From assembly GCF_000281045.1 (NCBI RefSeq), contig NW_008246092.1, forward strand, positions 498,596-560,626: a stretch of 62,031 nucleotides of DNA, given 5' to 3'. The stretch is from Saprolegnia diclina VS20. Lineage: Eukaryota. The notes under the pieces were generated by a model. That model saw nothing but the letters and a program-made list of their open reading frames with translations. It had not been told where the DNA came from and did no database searches. Below are positions 46,067 to 59,057 of the stretch, one piece after another (the stretch's first letter is position 1; every line of letters starts with the position of its first letter). A program made the translations under genes and the position numbers.

Positions 46067-47015
46067 ATGCCAAGCGCCGCGCTGCTGCTGGAAGAAGCCT
46101 TTGGCAAGCACATGCTGACGGGCGCCGCCGAGTGGCGCGAGGTCCCGGACGTTGTTCGCTCGTCCTTGTATGTGCTCCAAAAAGTTCTTTTGCATCTCGA
46201 TGCGCGGCTGTCGCGCTGCGAGACGGACAAACCGTCGTCGTCGGCTCTTCTCGCAACGCTGCAGAAGTCATTGCGCGGCGTCGAAGCCGACTGCCAGGGC
46301 CTCGTGACAAGCACGGTCACCGCGGCGACGGCACCGCTGGAGGCAAGCGTCGCCCGGCTCAAGAAAGCTGTCGCCCATCGGCTTCAGACACAGCAAGGTC
46401 AACGTCACGATGACATGTCGTCGTCCGCGACCTCACATTGCACTTGCGAATAGAAGCGACGCAGGCACTGACGACCCAAATCCAAGAGCTACAGGCGCAC
46501 GCACGTACCGCACTTGCACGGGGGCTTGCGTGTGACAGCGTCTTGTAGGCGAGGCCGATGATGCGTACAAGCACAAGCTCAACGAGCTCGGGCGACGCGC
46601 CGCGACGCACGCCGGCAGCCTCGCCCACTACGACTTGCTCGAGGTAGTCTATCAACGACATGGGGGTATGCTGCTGCTAATGATGGAGCGCTAGAAGCTC
46701 GAGATGCGCTGCAAGACGCTGGAGCGACAGTTCGCGTTGCATGCATCACAAGCGAGGCCCGTTGAGCCGCGGACAAGCGACGTTCAGGCGACGCCGACAA
46801 ACGATACTCCCTTGGACGAGCCCGTGGCCGACCTTGCGCTAGAAGCAGCGAACGACGACCAAGCTTGCGATGTCGTCTTGGCGCCACCAGTGCGCTTGCT
46901 GACGCTACGGGAAAAGCGAGAAGCATCACGCCTCCGATTCGAAGAAGCGGCGCGCCGACAGAAAGCACGCTGGGCAACCCAACGCGACAAGACAAGTAGA
47001 CGCTTAGTCATTTGA
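46067..47015 (+). CDS. Hypothetical coiled-coil protein (multi-exon)
   Basis: Coding-like ORF segments 46067-46397 and 46694-47015 are linked by plausible short introns. No family recognised. Confidence 0.5.
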
Positions 47016-47016
47016 G

Positions 47017-47738
47017 CTACGAATACATTGTCGAGCGAAGGTAGAGACAGTCGGCTAATGGAATGCTCGGATCTTTCTGCTGCAGCGACACGAGCATGGC
47101 GTGGGCGGCCGCCACGGCCGACACAAAAGCGGACGCGTCGTCCTTCGAGGCCTCGTAGATGCGCAGTCGCGCGCCTTGCCAAAGAAGCGACGTCGCAGTC
47201 TGCGTAAGGGCCGTCGCGGTGCCAATGAGCCCGAGAACCCACGTCATCAAGGTCGCAGGGTCGTCGACGCCAAAGGTTCGCTCTGGAGCATTCTGGAATG
47301 CGAGCGTAAACGTGAGATCGTGGCTGTCTACGCTCCTTGGTACGCATGCTGCATGCCTCCATCACGGCGAGAGTGCGTACATGGATCGGTGCCGACGGTG
47401 ATGTGCACGAGAGCTCGCGTCAGAAGCGCGTCGTCGCCCATGTGAAGGACGGCGCCGTCGGTCGAGAGGCGCAGAAGCTCGGTTGCTTGGGCAGAGGACG
47501 AATCGGTGCGCAGCGCAGCGCCTTGCTTGCACGCGACAAGACTTGTGAGGTAGAACCGCTAGCCCAGCGTGAGGGGTCGCCAGCCAACATGGTCTACTTG
47601 GAAGGCGGCGACGCGCATGGGCAGATCCTTGGCTTCGCCAACAAGCATCTAATTAAAGCGCTGTGGACTTGCCTGTCAAGCGCTGGCGGTACATGGAAGT
47701 AGGCGCTGGCGCGGCGCGGGTGCAGCGGGATGGCCATC
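47017..47738 (-). CDS. Hypothetical protein (multi-exon, boundaries uncertain)
   Basis: Coding-like minus-strand segments (e.g. WVLGLIGTATALTQTATSLLWQGARLRIYE) separated by short GT-AG intron candidates. Confidence 0.4.
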
Positions 47739-47939
47739 GCACCGCTTCGTTGCAGATCTCGGCCTGTCCTTGCCAAGCAGGCTGAAAATCGGATACACAC
47801 TATTTAAAATAAGTATTTTGGAGATGTTTCTACACACTATTTCTTGGCATTGTCCTAAAGATAGGATGCATGCCTAGTCTCAGGGCACCATGTGGATGTT
47901 CGAGCTCAGTGTTTATCCGGAGCTGCAATTGGGGCGAGT

Positions 47940-50844
47940 ATGGACTCGGACAGCAGTGGCGCCGAGAGCAGCAGCAGCTCCGACACGCTCCTCGTGAAGA
48001 AGCAGCGGCTTCAGCAAGGGGGGTCCCTCGTCAAGAAGGTGCTTACCATGTCTACCTCAGTCTCGCTGGACGCCTGCGAGGCCTGCGAGTCGGCGATTCG
48101 AGGCGACCAATCGTCCGTTGCCTGCGCCGGCCCGTGCTGCCGCAAGTTCCACAGCGACTGCCTGCCCAGCGACGCGAGCGTAAGCAGACCCTGGACGTGC
48201 GTCGACTGTCGGTCTCACAGCCACCGATGCTTTGCGTGCCAGCCCTTACTGGGCCCTGCGCCCATGAAACTGGTGCCTGCCACGGACACGACGCCCGTCG
48301 CCTGCCGCGCCGCGGGCTGCGGCAAGTTCTACCACATCACATGCGTCAAGAAGCTCTCGCTTACACGTGTGCTGGACGACAATGGGTTCATCTGCCCGCT
48401 GCACACGTGCGCCAAGTGCGAAGGCAGCCACGCCGCGTCCACGCATGCGATCCAGTGCATGCGCTGCCCCAAGGCGTACCACACCTCGTGCGTGCCCTCG
48501 ACAGGTAGGACCCTCCTCGCATCGATCAGTCGTTCCACCAAGCGCATGGACATAGGCGTGCAGCGACTGCATGGCACGGCCCGCGTCGTCTGCGTAACGC
48601 ATCTCAAAGCGACGACGATAAGCGACGAGCCGCGCCGTCCTCGCATGTCGATCTCGTCTGTCGACTCGGCCAACGACGGCGTCTCGGACGCGAGCGAAGC
48701 CGAGTGGCCCAAGTCCCGCGATGACAAGAAGGCCAAGAAGACCGACAAGAAGAAGAAGAAGAAGAAGAAGCTCAAGAAAGAAAAGAAGCGCGCGCGGTCG
48801 AGCGACGAAGCCGACGTGCCGCCGCCGCCAAGTGCCCAGCCGCCGCCACCGCCGCCGCCGACCGAGGTTCCGACCAAAGCGCCAGCCAAAGTCCAGCTCA
48901 ACATTACGATCCCCGAGACGCCACTGCTGCTGTCGACCGAGGACAACAGCGTCGGTCCAAAGGAGACTGTGACGGGCCGTGACAAGTCGAGAAAGAAGAA
49001 GAAGAAGCGACCGAGTAGCACCCGCCAGAGTGCGCTTGACGAGTCGATCGACGAGATGGACGAGCCGGAAGAGGCCAAGTGGGTCCAGTGCGACTCGTGC
49101 CGCAAGTGGCGTACGGTGCCGCAGCACCTCGACTTGGACGCGATGCCCGAAAAATGGTACTGCAAGATGAACCACTGGGCCAAAGCCTATGCATCGTGCG
49201 ACGTCCCGGAAGAGGTCATTGAGCCCAAGAAGAAGAAGCAAAAGCTCGACCATGTGGCGACACTGCCGGTCGCGACGAGCATGGCCATGCCCATGGTGGA
49301 CAAGGACAAGGTAGACGATGATGGACGCTGCTAACATCTGATCTCTCTTTTGACTAGAAACCATCCAAGAAGGAGCAGCGCGCGTCGAGTAGTCAAGCCA
49401 CAAGCATGAGCAGTAGTGCGGCGACAGCGTCGTCGGTCGTACCGAGCAGTGCCAAGGCGCAAACCAAGGACGTCAAGTGGGTTCAGTGCGACAACGTCAA
49501 CTGCGGCAAGTGGCGCGTCGTGGCCCAAGCCATCGACGAAGCGTCGTTACCAAGCAAATGGTTTTGCCACCTCAATACGTGGGCCCCCGACCTTGCGAAC
49601 TGCCACGCTGAGAACCCTCCCGAAGTCGACTCGGTGCTGATGAACAAGAAGGCGCCTAAGCCCAAGCGCTCGACCAAAGAGTCGGCGCGGAGCCCTCGCA
49701 GCACAATTGTCCTTGCCACGGAATTGGTGGAAGCGGCGCTACCGACGGAGGAGGCGCCGGCCGCAGCCGCCCCACCGCCCGCCCCCGTCGCTATCGCCTC
49801 GACCAAGACAAGCATCAGCGAGAAGAAGCAAAAGGTATCTCAAAAATCGAATCTCAACGCTCACTTTCTTGGCGCTTGATAGGTCAAGAAAGCCGTGCTC
49901 GAGTGGGCGCAATGTGAAAAGTGCAACAAGTGGCGCAAACTGCCGCACCACGTCAAATCGTCAACGCTGCCCGACAAGTGGTATTGCTCGATGAACCACT
50001 GGAACATTGCGTACGCTTTGCATTGCATTTTTGGGGAGAATATGACAATACATCGATGACTAGACTTGCGAGCTGCAGCGTGCCCGAAGAAGCCGACAAC
50101 GACCCGTTCATGGACCACGTTGTGGACCCGCGCCAAGGCTGGTACGGCGCAGTCAGTGGTCGCACCAAGCGCGGCAAGCTCAGCTACCGCGAACTCCTCT
50201 ACGGCGGCAACGGCCATTTGCGAAAAAGTAGCTGGTTCCCGATTCTCACATAGCACTCATGGCCCATGATAGCGTACACGGAAGAGTCGTCGACGCTCTC
50301 GTTTGAATACGAAGGCAAGACCTTCTACCGCGACGACCAGTACCGCAAGAGCTCCATGTACCAGCCGCGCGAGCCGCCCGAGTTTCCATCCGACGCCAAG
50401 CTGGCCGTGGTCTCGCCGCCCGCGCCCGCGCTCACATTTGACGAGATGGCAACGTGTCAGCAAGAAATCTTCCGCGTTCTCCACGACGTTCACGCGTCCT
50501 ACTCGACCCTCGACATTGTGCTCGCGCTCAACAGCGACGGCGCGGCCACCATATACTCGTACCCGCTGGTGCAGAGCTGCCTCCAGACCATGCTCACCTC
50601 TGGTGTCATTGAGAGTGCGACCGAAGACGCGATTGTCAAGGTGACGATGCCGCTGCAGATCAGCACGTATGCGCGTGCGTACTATGTCACTGGCGAAAAC
50701 AACCACGACGTGCGCAGCTGGGACGAGCGGAGGCCGCACGCGCACGTCAAGTACCGTCGCAAACTCGTGTCGCGGCCACCGCTCAAGCTCGCCAAGCCGT
50801 GGAAACAGCAGGGGTTTACGGGCTTTCCCACCCCATCGAGTTAG
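47940..50844 (+). CDS. Chromatin reader with NSD-type PHD fingers and three CW-type zinc fingers
   Basis: [33 protein letters not shown] and CMRCPKAYH (NSD-like PHD array). CW motifs [24 protein letters not shown] and [11 protein letters not shown], each followed by W.C..N.W. Confidence 0.88.
48747..48770 (+). repeat. (AAG)8 coding microsatellite (poly-Lys)
   Basis: Direct sequence. Confidence 0.9.
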
Positions 50845-50860
50845 TAGTATATGCACCGTT

Positions 50861-53687
50861 TCAGCTATGTGTGTCGCTACCACGCATGCAGCGCCTTGAG
50901 AATGTCCTACGAACGCCATGTTGGAGATCCGGGACGCTCTGCATTGGAGACCCTACCCCGCGTCGTTTGGTCATGCGCGCGTCGCGCTCGACAGTCATTT
51001 GCACTTGGCGGCGCAGTACCGACTGCAGGACGGTCTCGACACTGCGTTTGGGGACATGCATCGGCAACTCCAAACTCAGGTTGACGAGGACGTCGACGGC
51101 TCGCGACGCCGGCGCACTGGCCTCGTCCGTCGTTGTCGCCGGTTCGCGGTTGGACGCGAGTGCCGATTTCGCCGGTGCCCGCCGCCGCTGCGTGATCACA
51201 GACGGTCGCTTGAGCTTGCCGTCGACCGACGACGGCGTTATGCCCCGGCGATGGAGAAAGGCCGTGTAGTACTCGGACGCCTACGACAACCCGTCAGCGG
51301 CTTGGCTTCCGCAGCGACCTTGTCTCGACCGTATGGCGTCCGACGAGCGGGCAGTACACTTCGAGAAGCCCGGGCGTCGTAAAGAGGCCGAGCACGGCGC
51401 GGTTGTCCGAGACACTTTTCGCAGGCACCCAAATATGGTCGCTGACGATGCACCACGGAGCAGCATTTTGCTCGAGGGCGTCACCGAGGCCGAGGCTGCC
51501 GATGAGCACACCGGACCGCATGTCGTAGACAGTGATGGCACCGTCTTCGGCGGTCGCAAAGAGCTAAGGACATCGAATGGTTCCTTCTGGCAAAGACGAG
51601 GACGTACGATCGGAAGGTCCTGGAGGCCGTGGATCGTAGTGAACGGGTGCGTCCCATCGAGGACGCGGAGGAGCGAGGCGGGTTTGGTTTTGCCGTCGCC
51701 TCTACTCGGTACCGAGCACACGTCGTGTTGAAGCCCGAGCACATAGGCCTGACGCGATCTGTCTTGATACATTCTTGATACAAACGGACGCTACCGAGGG
51801 CGGCGGCAGCATGTCGGCGCGGGCCATGAGGTCGTAAAAATGGAGCTCGTTGGCTGTCGAGAGACTCGCGACGAACTCTGTCTTGTGCACAAAGAGGGCC
51901 GTGACGGGCGCGCTATGGCAGCCGAGCGCTACACAAAGGTGTTATCGCTGGCCAAAGAGCGTAGCAAGTTGCACACCACAGTACTCGACTCGGAGGTGGA
52001 GGTGCCAGACAAGCAAGGACCCGTTGGCCAAGCCAAGGACGAGTAGCGTATGGCTCGGGCCCGCCACGGCGCACGTGATGGGCGCTGCCACCACCACATG
52101 GGTACTCGGCGCGGCGTCCTTCCCGGCGAGTACATCAAAAACGAGGCACTTGTGCTGGCTTGCGACGCCGAGCTGCCACGTGCCCATGTCGCCAAGAAGA
52201 AACGCCACGTACAAATACGGCGCGTACGGCTCGGTCGGCACGACTACTACGTCGACTTCGACTTCCTTGCCTTTGCCCTTGTGTGCCTAGTCGTCGTTGG
52301 TGGTAAGATGGTGTGCATGTGAATCTGCACCTTGTCGTGCTTGGTGGTCGCGGCCGGCTCGGTGATTACGGGTTTGAGGACGGGAGCGATGTTGTAGACG
52401 CTAGGGTCGACCTCGAGAAGACAGTCTTTTGTATGGTCGAGCGCGATCGGCGGCGTCGGTGGCAGCGTCGACGGAAGGCTGCTCATCGCATAGACAAAGA
52501 CTGCTCCATGGACCAAGACGACGGCGGCAAAGGCAAAGTCATCCGAAAAGTGCACTCGCGCGATCACGTCCGACGTTAAGAGCTTGGAGCGCAGCACAAG
52601 CGCGCCGTTGCAGACGCAGTAGATGTACAGAAGGCTCTCAACGTTGTCGAAGACGGGGTCGACTACCTCGGGCTCACTTGTCGTCGTCGTCGTTGTGGCA
52701 GCGCGCCGGCGTCCCCAGACGGCGAAAAATGACTGCCGTGTCGCCCCTACATGCCACGATGGGCGTCATGCCAGTGACTCGTGGGCAGCTACCGAGCTGG
52801 AACGGACGGAGCGGTGACGAGATGCCGTCGATCGCAAAGAGATCGGGTGCGACCTTGGTCTTTGGCACGAGGACCGACCCGGTGCCGGCCTCGAGCACTT
52901 CAACCACGTTGGCCTCGTGCAAAAGCGCAAGCAGCTCGTGATCCGCACTGCCGACAAACGTAATGGGGCTTGGGCCGAGCTCCATTGACGTCGCGGGGAG
53001 GCAGAGCCGGGCTTTGGCTTCTTTTTCCTGCAGATCCGCGTTCATCTCGCCTTGTTCGAGCTTGAATGCCATCGTCGACGTGATTGCTGCCCACGCGCCT
53101 ACCATACCGTGTTCAAATATGTACAATATACATTCATCTACGGTCGACAATATCTTCTTCGAGGATCTTGAGTAACATGCGGAAGGGCTGCGGCAGGGTC
53201 GGAAACACCAGGTCCGGGTCCACGTGGTCGACCGGCGTCAGAACGTCGACAAACTGCGTAAACGCAGAGATCGAGATGAGTCCCGCGGGGGAGCAAAAGA
53301 CGCCCAAGAGCTCTCGCTCGTCGTTTGTCAAGTGTACCTAGCATCATTCAACTATTGAGGCAACTAACTAATGGCCTGTTGTACGCTGTGAGCGGCGAGG
53401 AGCTGGAAAAATGGCGCTTGCGGAATCCAGTCCTTGTCCTTATGCAGCTCGGGGGCATCCTAAAACCATGATCCACCCTTCTTTGCCCATCGATTCGTAC
53501 GAGAAAGACGGTGTCGAGCGGCACGTGCAAGCAGTCGGCGCTACCAGACGAGTCATGATCGCGTGCCAGTCATGACGCGTACCGGAGGCGAGCTTTGAGC
53601 TCCTTGCGCGCCTGGGCTTCGAGCGCGGCCTTGGCTCTACCGCTACCCCGTTAGCTCTCGTGGACGAGGCGCGACGACGCACGCCAT
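50861..53687 (-). CDS. WDR93: WD40-like protein resembling ciliary WDR93 (3' end uncertain)
   Basis: PTLPQPFRMLLKILEEDIVD resembles the WDR93 LPQPYRM motif; beta-strand-rich repeats such as LVLGLANGSLLVW. The 5' exons splice to MAAKAALEAQARKELKARLR. Confidence 0.6.
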
Positions 53688-53755
53688 CGCGAATGGTCGC
53701 GGCCTTTTGAAAATGGTACGTTGGCTGAAGTTATCGCGGTTTCACCAGGCCCAAG

Positions 53756-56475
53756 ATGGACGCGGCCAACGACAGCACGTACAGCAAGGCGCTACGCCGT
53801 GGCCGCCACCCACGGTCCTTTAACCGCACCGACACGTGTCAAATGTGGTCGACTTTGTACGTCTCCTTAGCTTTGTGCTGTAATAACAAGCTCTGTAGAA
53901 AACACTCGAGCTCCCGCGTCTCGAGCGTCAAGACGGGCCAAGGCCTTGGCAACATCGTTGCCAAGGAGATCGAGGTACAGCCCAATGCCTTATGGTCGTT
54001 TACGGTGCCACTAGGCGCTGCAGAGCGAGAGCCCAACATCCGAGAAAGCGACGCGGATGACTCTAAAAGGTGCTCGACCGAACGATCCTCGGTGTGGACG
54101 TCATGTATCTGTATGCGTAGACGTCAAGTCGACGCCCAACCTCTTGAGCCCGAAAGAGAGGCGAAGCGAGAAGCGCCCAGCCAAGAAGAAGCACAGCACG
54201 CATGAAGACGTTATCAAGCGGCTGCAGGCGCTGGGGTCGGGGAGCGCGATGGCGGCCACCCCGAATACCACCACCAACAATACCAATACCAACAACAACA
54301 ACGTGTCGGCAACCACGATGGCAGCCATGGACGTCGATGCAACCAAGTTGCGCCAAGACTTTAGCTCGCAGAAAGACGCCCGCGTCTACTACGGTTCGAC
54401 GGCAGCTTTGGAGCTCTTCAACGGCGACATGCTCATGGTCCCGTCAAGTCAGATACCCCTGGAGGTTGGATAAGAATGCGTGATTTAGGTGTCGGTGGCC
54501 GATGGGTCCGTGTGCGTCCAGCCCCTCGAGCGCCTCAAGAACCAGCTCAAGGGCTGCCGGGACAAGCTCCTGTTTACGCTCATCAACATGAATGAGCTTC
54601 GCAGTGCCAACCCAATTCGGTTTGGCGACAGTGTCTGGCTGCAAATTAGCGTCGGGACGGGCGACACCTCGTGGGAGCAAGGCTTGTTCACATAGCAGTA
54701 AAATCAGTTCTTACTCGCGTGTAGGCGGCGTACTCGGCGCCAAGGTCCGCAAAGCGCCCGACCTCCAAACGCTTTCGCTCACACACGTTGAGAAAGACCC
54801 TATTGATGCGCCTCCAGAAGCCGCGCCCGACGAAGTGCTCCTCAATGTTGGGTATCCCGTGCCCGTCCGCGCCTACTTGCCCAAGGTATGTTGTGTATCA
54901 ATCTATCAAGGTGTTGCGTACCGGTCTGTAGACGCGTGACGACTCTACCGACTCGCAGATCGACGATATGCAAGCTCGGCTACGCAATAAGACGTCGCGC
55001 ATGGTCGGTCGCTGGATCGTGCGGTCCGCTGTCGTTCGACCCAAAGGCAAAGATGTACAATATTCAAATATTCAAATACGAAAGGCAAGTACGATGGACT
55101 GACGTAGGACTTTGTCAACAATGACGACGAAATCTACCTGGAACAAGACTGGTTCTACCTCGGCGCCGATTTGGAGGCGACCGAAAAGAGTCAGACGGCG
55201 GTCTTGCGCCAGCTACCGCCGACCAAAACCACCAAAGTCGGCGAATATGTTGTCGAGCGCCGTGCCGCGTGGAAAGTGCGGCTCGTCGACTCGTCCAAAG
55301 GCGGTCTCGGGCTCAGCCTCGTGCAGCAGCAGATGGAGCGGCTTCTTTTCAAAGCCAAGACGCAGCTCAAAGCGTCCGAGAAGATGCGCGACGGTGGGGT
55401 CGCCCACGTGCTCTCGTGCTCTATCGCTTGCTCTTTGTAGGCCAACTGCGACACTATGGCCCCGACTTGAACGGCGGCCAAGGCTTCTCCAAGCAGCTGC
55501 GGCGCCACATCCAAAACGTGACGGCCGAGTGCGACGACGAGTATTTTGCCCACCAAAACGACCGGGTATCCTACGTGCTATCCAATATACAATCCTACTC
55601 GACGCTTGTAGTTGCGCCAACTGGACGTGTACTTTGAAGACAAGATGGCAGCCATGGACAAGACGGACCGGAAGCGCGCGCCGCTCTCGCCGCTCGCATC
55701 GAGCCTCCGGTTTTCCGCGTCCGTACCCAACTTGAGCTCGTGCAAGGACTCGATTGGGCTTCACGCGCCGGCGACCGAGTCGACCGTGCCACCGTCGACC
55801 GAGGTATCATGCGCGAAAGTTTGATACATTGATGTTGAAACATTGATAGAAAATCTGCAACCTGTGCGTCGCGTACGCCCGCGTCGGGTTTGACTTGTGC
55901 ACACACAACCACGAAGTCGCGCACTGCGTCGCGCTCGGGGCGCCATTGCCCTCCAAGTCGAGTGAGCCATCGTCGGGCGAGATGCTCAAAGCTCGTCTCT
56001 CGGAGCGGTAGGCGAAGCGTTGCCTATCGATTTCTCAATGTGGACATACATAGACACATGAGCACGTCGGATGGCGCCTTGCGCGCCGCCAAGGCCGCCG
56101 AGGCCGCGGAGTTGCGCGAACGCGGCCGTATCATGCGGTATCGCTTTCACGACGCGAGAGTTATCTAAAATGGACGATACATGTCCACATTAGGCTGCTC
56201 TCGGAGCAAGACGACCGTCTCGTCAACGTCATCAAGTACACGGAGCAGCGCGCGCACCTCGCAGCGATTGCAACACACTCGACCGACAACGACGACGACG
56301 CGCCGTCGTACTTTTCAACCAAGCGGTCGCGCGTCCGGCGACGTCTCACGTCTATGATCAGCGACACGGGCCCGCGACGCAAGTCGACGCTTAAGTCGAC
56401 GGTGCTGGCCGAGACGGTCCGGTCCCACGACGATGACGACGACGATTCGACCGGCGGCGACGCCAACGACAACAC

Positions 56476-56506
<31 letters not shown>

Positions 56507-57037
56507 GACGAGCTCTCAGACGACGACGACGAGAACCCGGACGACGACGACGATTTCATCACGGAAGCCGAGATCCAGACGCTCGACTATATCAACGTCG
56601 AGAAGGCCACGGCGCTGTACGCCAACGATGAAAAAGCGATGCTAGCGATGCTCCACGGGTTCGCCGACCTCGCCGAACACCGGCTCGTACCGCAGCTCCA
56701 AGACGCGCTCACCGCAAAACACAAGGCGTGCTTGCTCGAGACCTCGGACTTTTTGGCGCGGGTACGAATGGTAGTCACTATGTTGACGATCGTGGGTGTG
56801 TCGCTAGGCGTCCGAGTTTGTCATGGCGCGCCGAATACAAGTGCACGTCATGAGCTTGATCCAAAGGTCTCCCTGTCTATCTACCTTGTTTCAACGATGT
56901 GTAGCGTCGCGACGAGCAATGTCGACGACTTTTCCAGCATCGCGCCGGTCGTCGAACAACTCTTGCGCGAGGTCGATGGCACGATCCGCTTCATTCGCGC
57001 CCACAAGCCCCATGGCCGAAGCGGCGAAGTCATGTAG
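53756..57037 (+). CDS. Large multi-exon protein: beta-trefoil/MIR-like middle, acidic linker, C-terminal HPt-like helical bundle (could be two genes)
   Basis: FTLINM...PIRFGDSVWLQ and VNNDDEIYLEQDWFYL repeats; poly-Asp tract at about 56430-56550. Spliced C-terminus INVEKATALYANDEKAMLAMLHGF...LQDAL...SDFLARASEFVMARRI...LLREV. Confidence 0.6.
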
Positions 57038-57395
57038 CGTCATCTTCCAAATGCATCAATGTGTCGAGTGCACGCATGTTGCTGGGATTACGATGACGTG
57101 CGATGGGGTCGTCGCTGGTGCGCCGACGAAGTCGCTGCGAATAATGATACTCCTCGCGTGTGTCCATCCTCCTTGGTTGTGCCCAAGTAGCGACCGTGCT
57201 GTTGGCGCGCAATCGGCTCGTCGTCGCCAGAGGAGCAAGTTCGATTCACATTTGGGCGGCTTGCCTGCTAGTTGCGACCTGAATTCGGATTTCCGCACCT
57301 GAATCGAGGTGCGGAAAGCCGGCTCTAGTGCAGAATGTTGGTCCAGATCAGAAGTGCGCATGATTGGTCATTTCCAAAAGGTACGAAGCATCAAC

Positions 57396-58523
57396 ATGGG
57401 CGTGCCGCTGCTGCAAGACGCGGCCCCGGCGCTTGCGGTCGCCGTTGTGTCGCTGGTCTTGTACGTCGGCTTCCGCGCACCGTCCGTGCGCGTCCTCTTC
57501 TTCAGCGCCATGGCCTACATCAAGGGCGTGCCCATTGTGTGGATCGACGCACCAGCGCTCGCGGCGAAAGCACTCAAAGCCTCGTCGTCCAAAGGCATCT
57601 TTCTCGAGCGCATCTTGTCCGAGCCCGCATGGCTGCCTGTGATCTCCCTCGAGTCGGTCGATGATCCGTTGTGGAGCAGCATGAAGAACAATCTGACGTT
57701 GCTCTTGAAGGCGCTGCCATCGGCTTCGGCACTCGAAAGCATCACAGCACGCATCACCGACACGTACCTCGCCGAGCACGAGATTCTGGACTCGAACAGC
57801 GTCGTGTACATAACGGTCGCTGCGTTCTACGAGTGGATCTTTGCCAAGGCGTTCCCAGACGACGCGAATTTTGTGTGCGACTCGACGTGGGAGTGGCGCA
57901 AGGAGCTAGCGCTCAAGGGCAAGGCCAATGTCGCGCTCAAGCAACGCGTTGTCGACTGGATCATTGGCGAAGTCAAGGCAACGCCGGCGATCTACAATCT
58001 ATTTGGTGCCAAGTGGGAAGAGCCGGCGTACTTTTCGCTCTTGCTGCAACCCTTCTTCCTCTCGCCCGCAATCAACGTCTCGGACGTCGCCGTCACCATG
58101 GGCTCGCTCGTGCACTGTCACGGTCTCGTCGATGAGAGCATCTCGGATCTGATCAACAAGGCGCTCGACATGGCGCATCCGTTTGTGATTGTCGAGCGCT
58201 TCCTCGAGCACGGCCTTGCGGCGGACGACGTTACGATTGCACCGGGGACTCACGTCTTTATCCCGATGGACATTATGACAAGCGACAACACCATTCGGTT
58301 CGGCGCCGGTGCACGCAAGTGCCCGGGCCAACACCAAGGCATGGCGCTCATGCTTGGCCTCTTTCAGCGACATGTGCTCCTGAGCCCCAAGTTCCAGCCG
58401 GCACTCCACCACAAGTACTCGGGGCGCGACCAAGACGGTCAAGAAACACTGCCCGAGCTGCTGTATCAAGTCGCTTTGATCGTGTCTGTCTTTTGGACGG
58501 CGCTCAAGCACCGCTTTTTATAA
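57396..58523 (+). CDS. Short atypical cytochrome P450-like protein, copy 1 (intronless)
   Basis: N-terminal TM; heme-ligand motif FGAGARKCPG; beta-sheet segment HPF.IVER...IAPGTHVFI. Confidence 0.8.
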   Translation: MGVPLLQDAAPALAVAVVSLVLYVGFRAPSVRVLFFSAMAYIKGVPIVWIDAPALAAKALKASSSKGIFLERILSEPAWLPVISLESVDDPLWSSMKNNLTLLLKALPSASALESITARITDTYLAEHEILDSNSVVYITVAAFYEWIFAKAFPDDANFVCDSTWEWRKELALKGKANVALKQRVVDWIIGEVKATPAIYNLFGAKWEEPAYFSLLLQPFFLSPAINVSDVAVTMGSLVHCHGLVDESISDLINKALDMAHPFVIVERFLEHGLAADDVTIAPGTHVFIPMDIMTSDNTIRFGAGARKCPGQHQGMALMLGLFQRHVLLSPKFQPALHHKYSGRDQDGQETLPELLYQVALIVSVFWTALKHRFL

Positions 58524-59057
58524 TTTTTCAAGGAACGAGAAGCACCGCATGGTGCCACGTTATCCGTATATGCGATCTGGCGACTGGTCACGTCACCTAT
58601 ACTGCCACACTTCTCAAAGCTGTTTGGCCTATCTTGCGCGTGGTTTGGCCGTACAAGAGTTCTAAAGATCTATCTGTGGTTTTGCGTGGACGAGACAAGA
58701 ATCATCTGTCGGGCATGAGCGGGTTATCGAGACACGTGTTTGGCCAAGGGTCACTAAGAAATGCATTTTGTAGACCCTTGGTTGGCGAGCCGTGAAGAAG
58801 CTGTGGCCCACTTAACCCGTGCCTAACGCACACAGGGCTACGGCAGCTAGGAAAGAGTGTGCAGTGTACACCATAATGGACGGCTTTGCATTGCATGTCG
58901 CCCACGTAACTGGCCTGGACGTATCGCCCCACGACTACCGTTTGTCGTAAGCCAACCGGTCTACACCTCTCTCTCTGAACAGCAGATGGTCTCCCGAGTG
59001 CTGATACATCCACGAACAGCAGCACAAAGAATACAAATATATATGTACTCAAACAAT

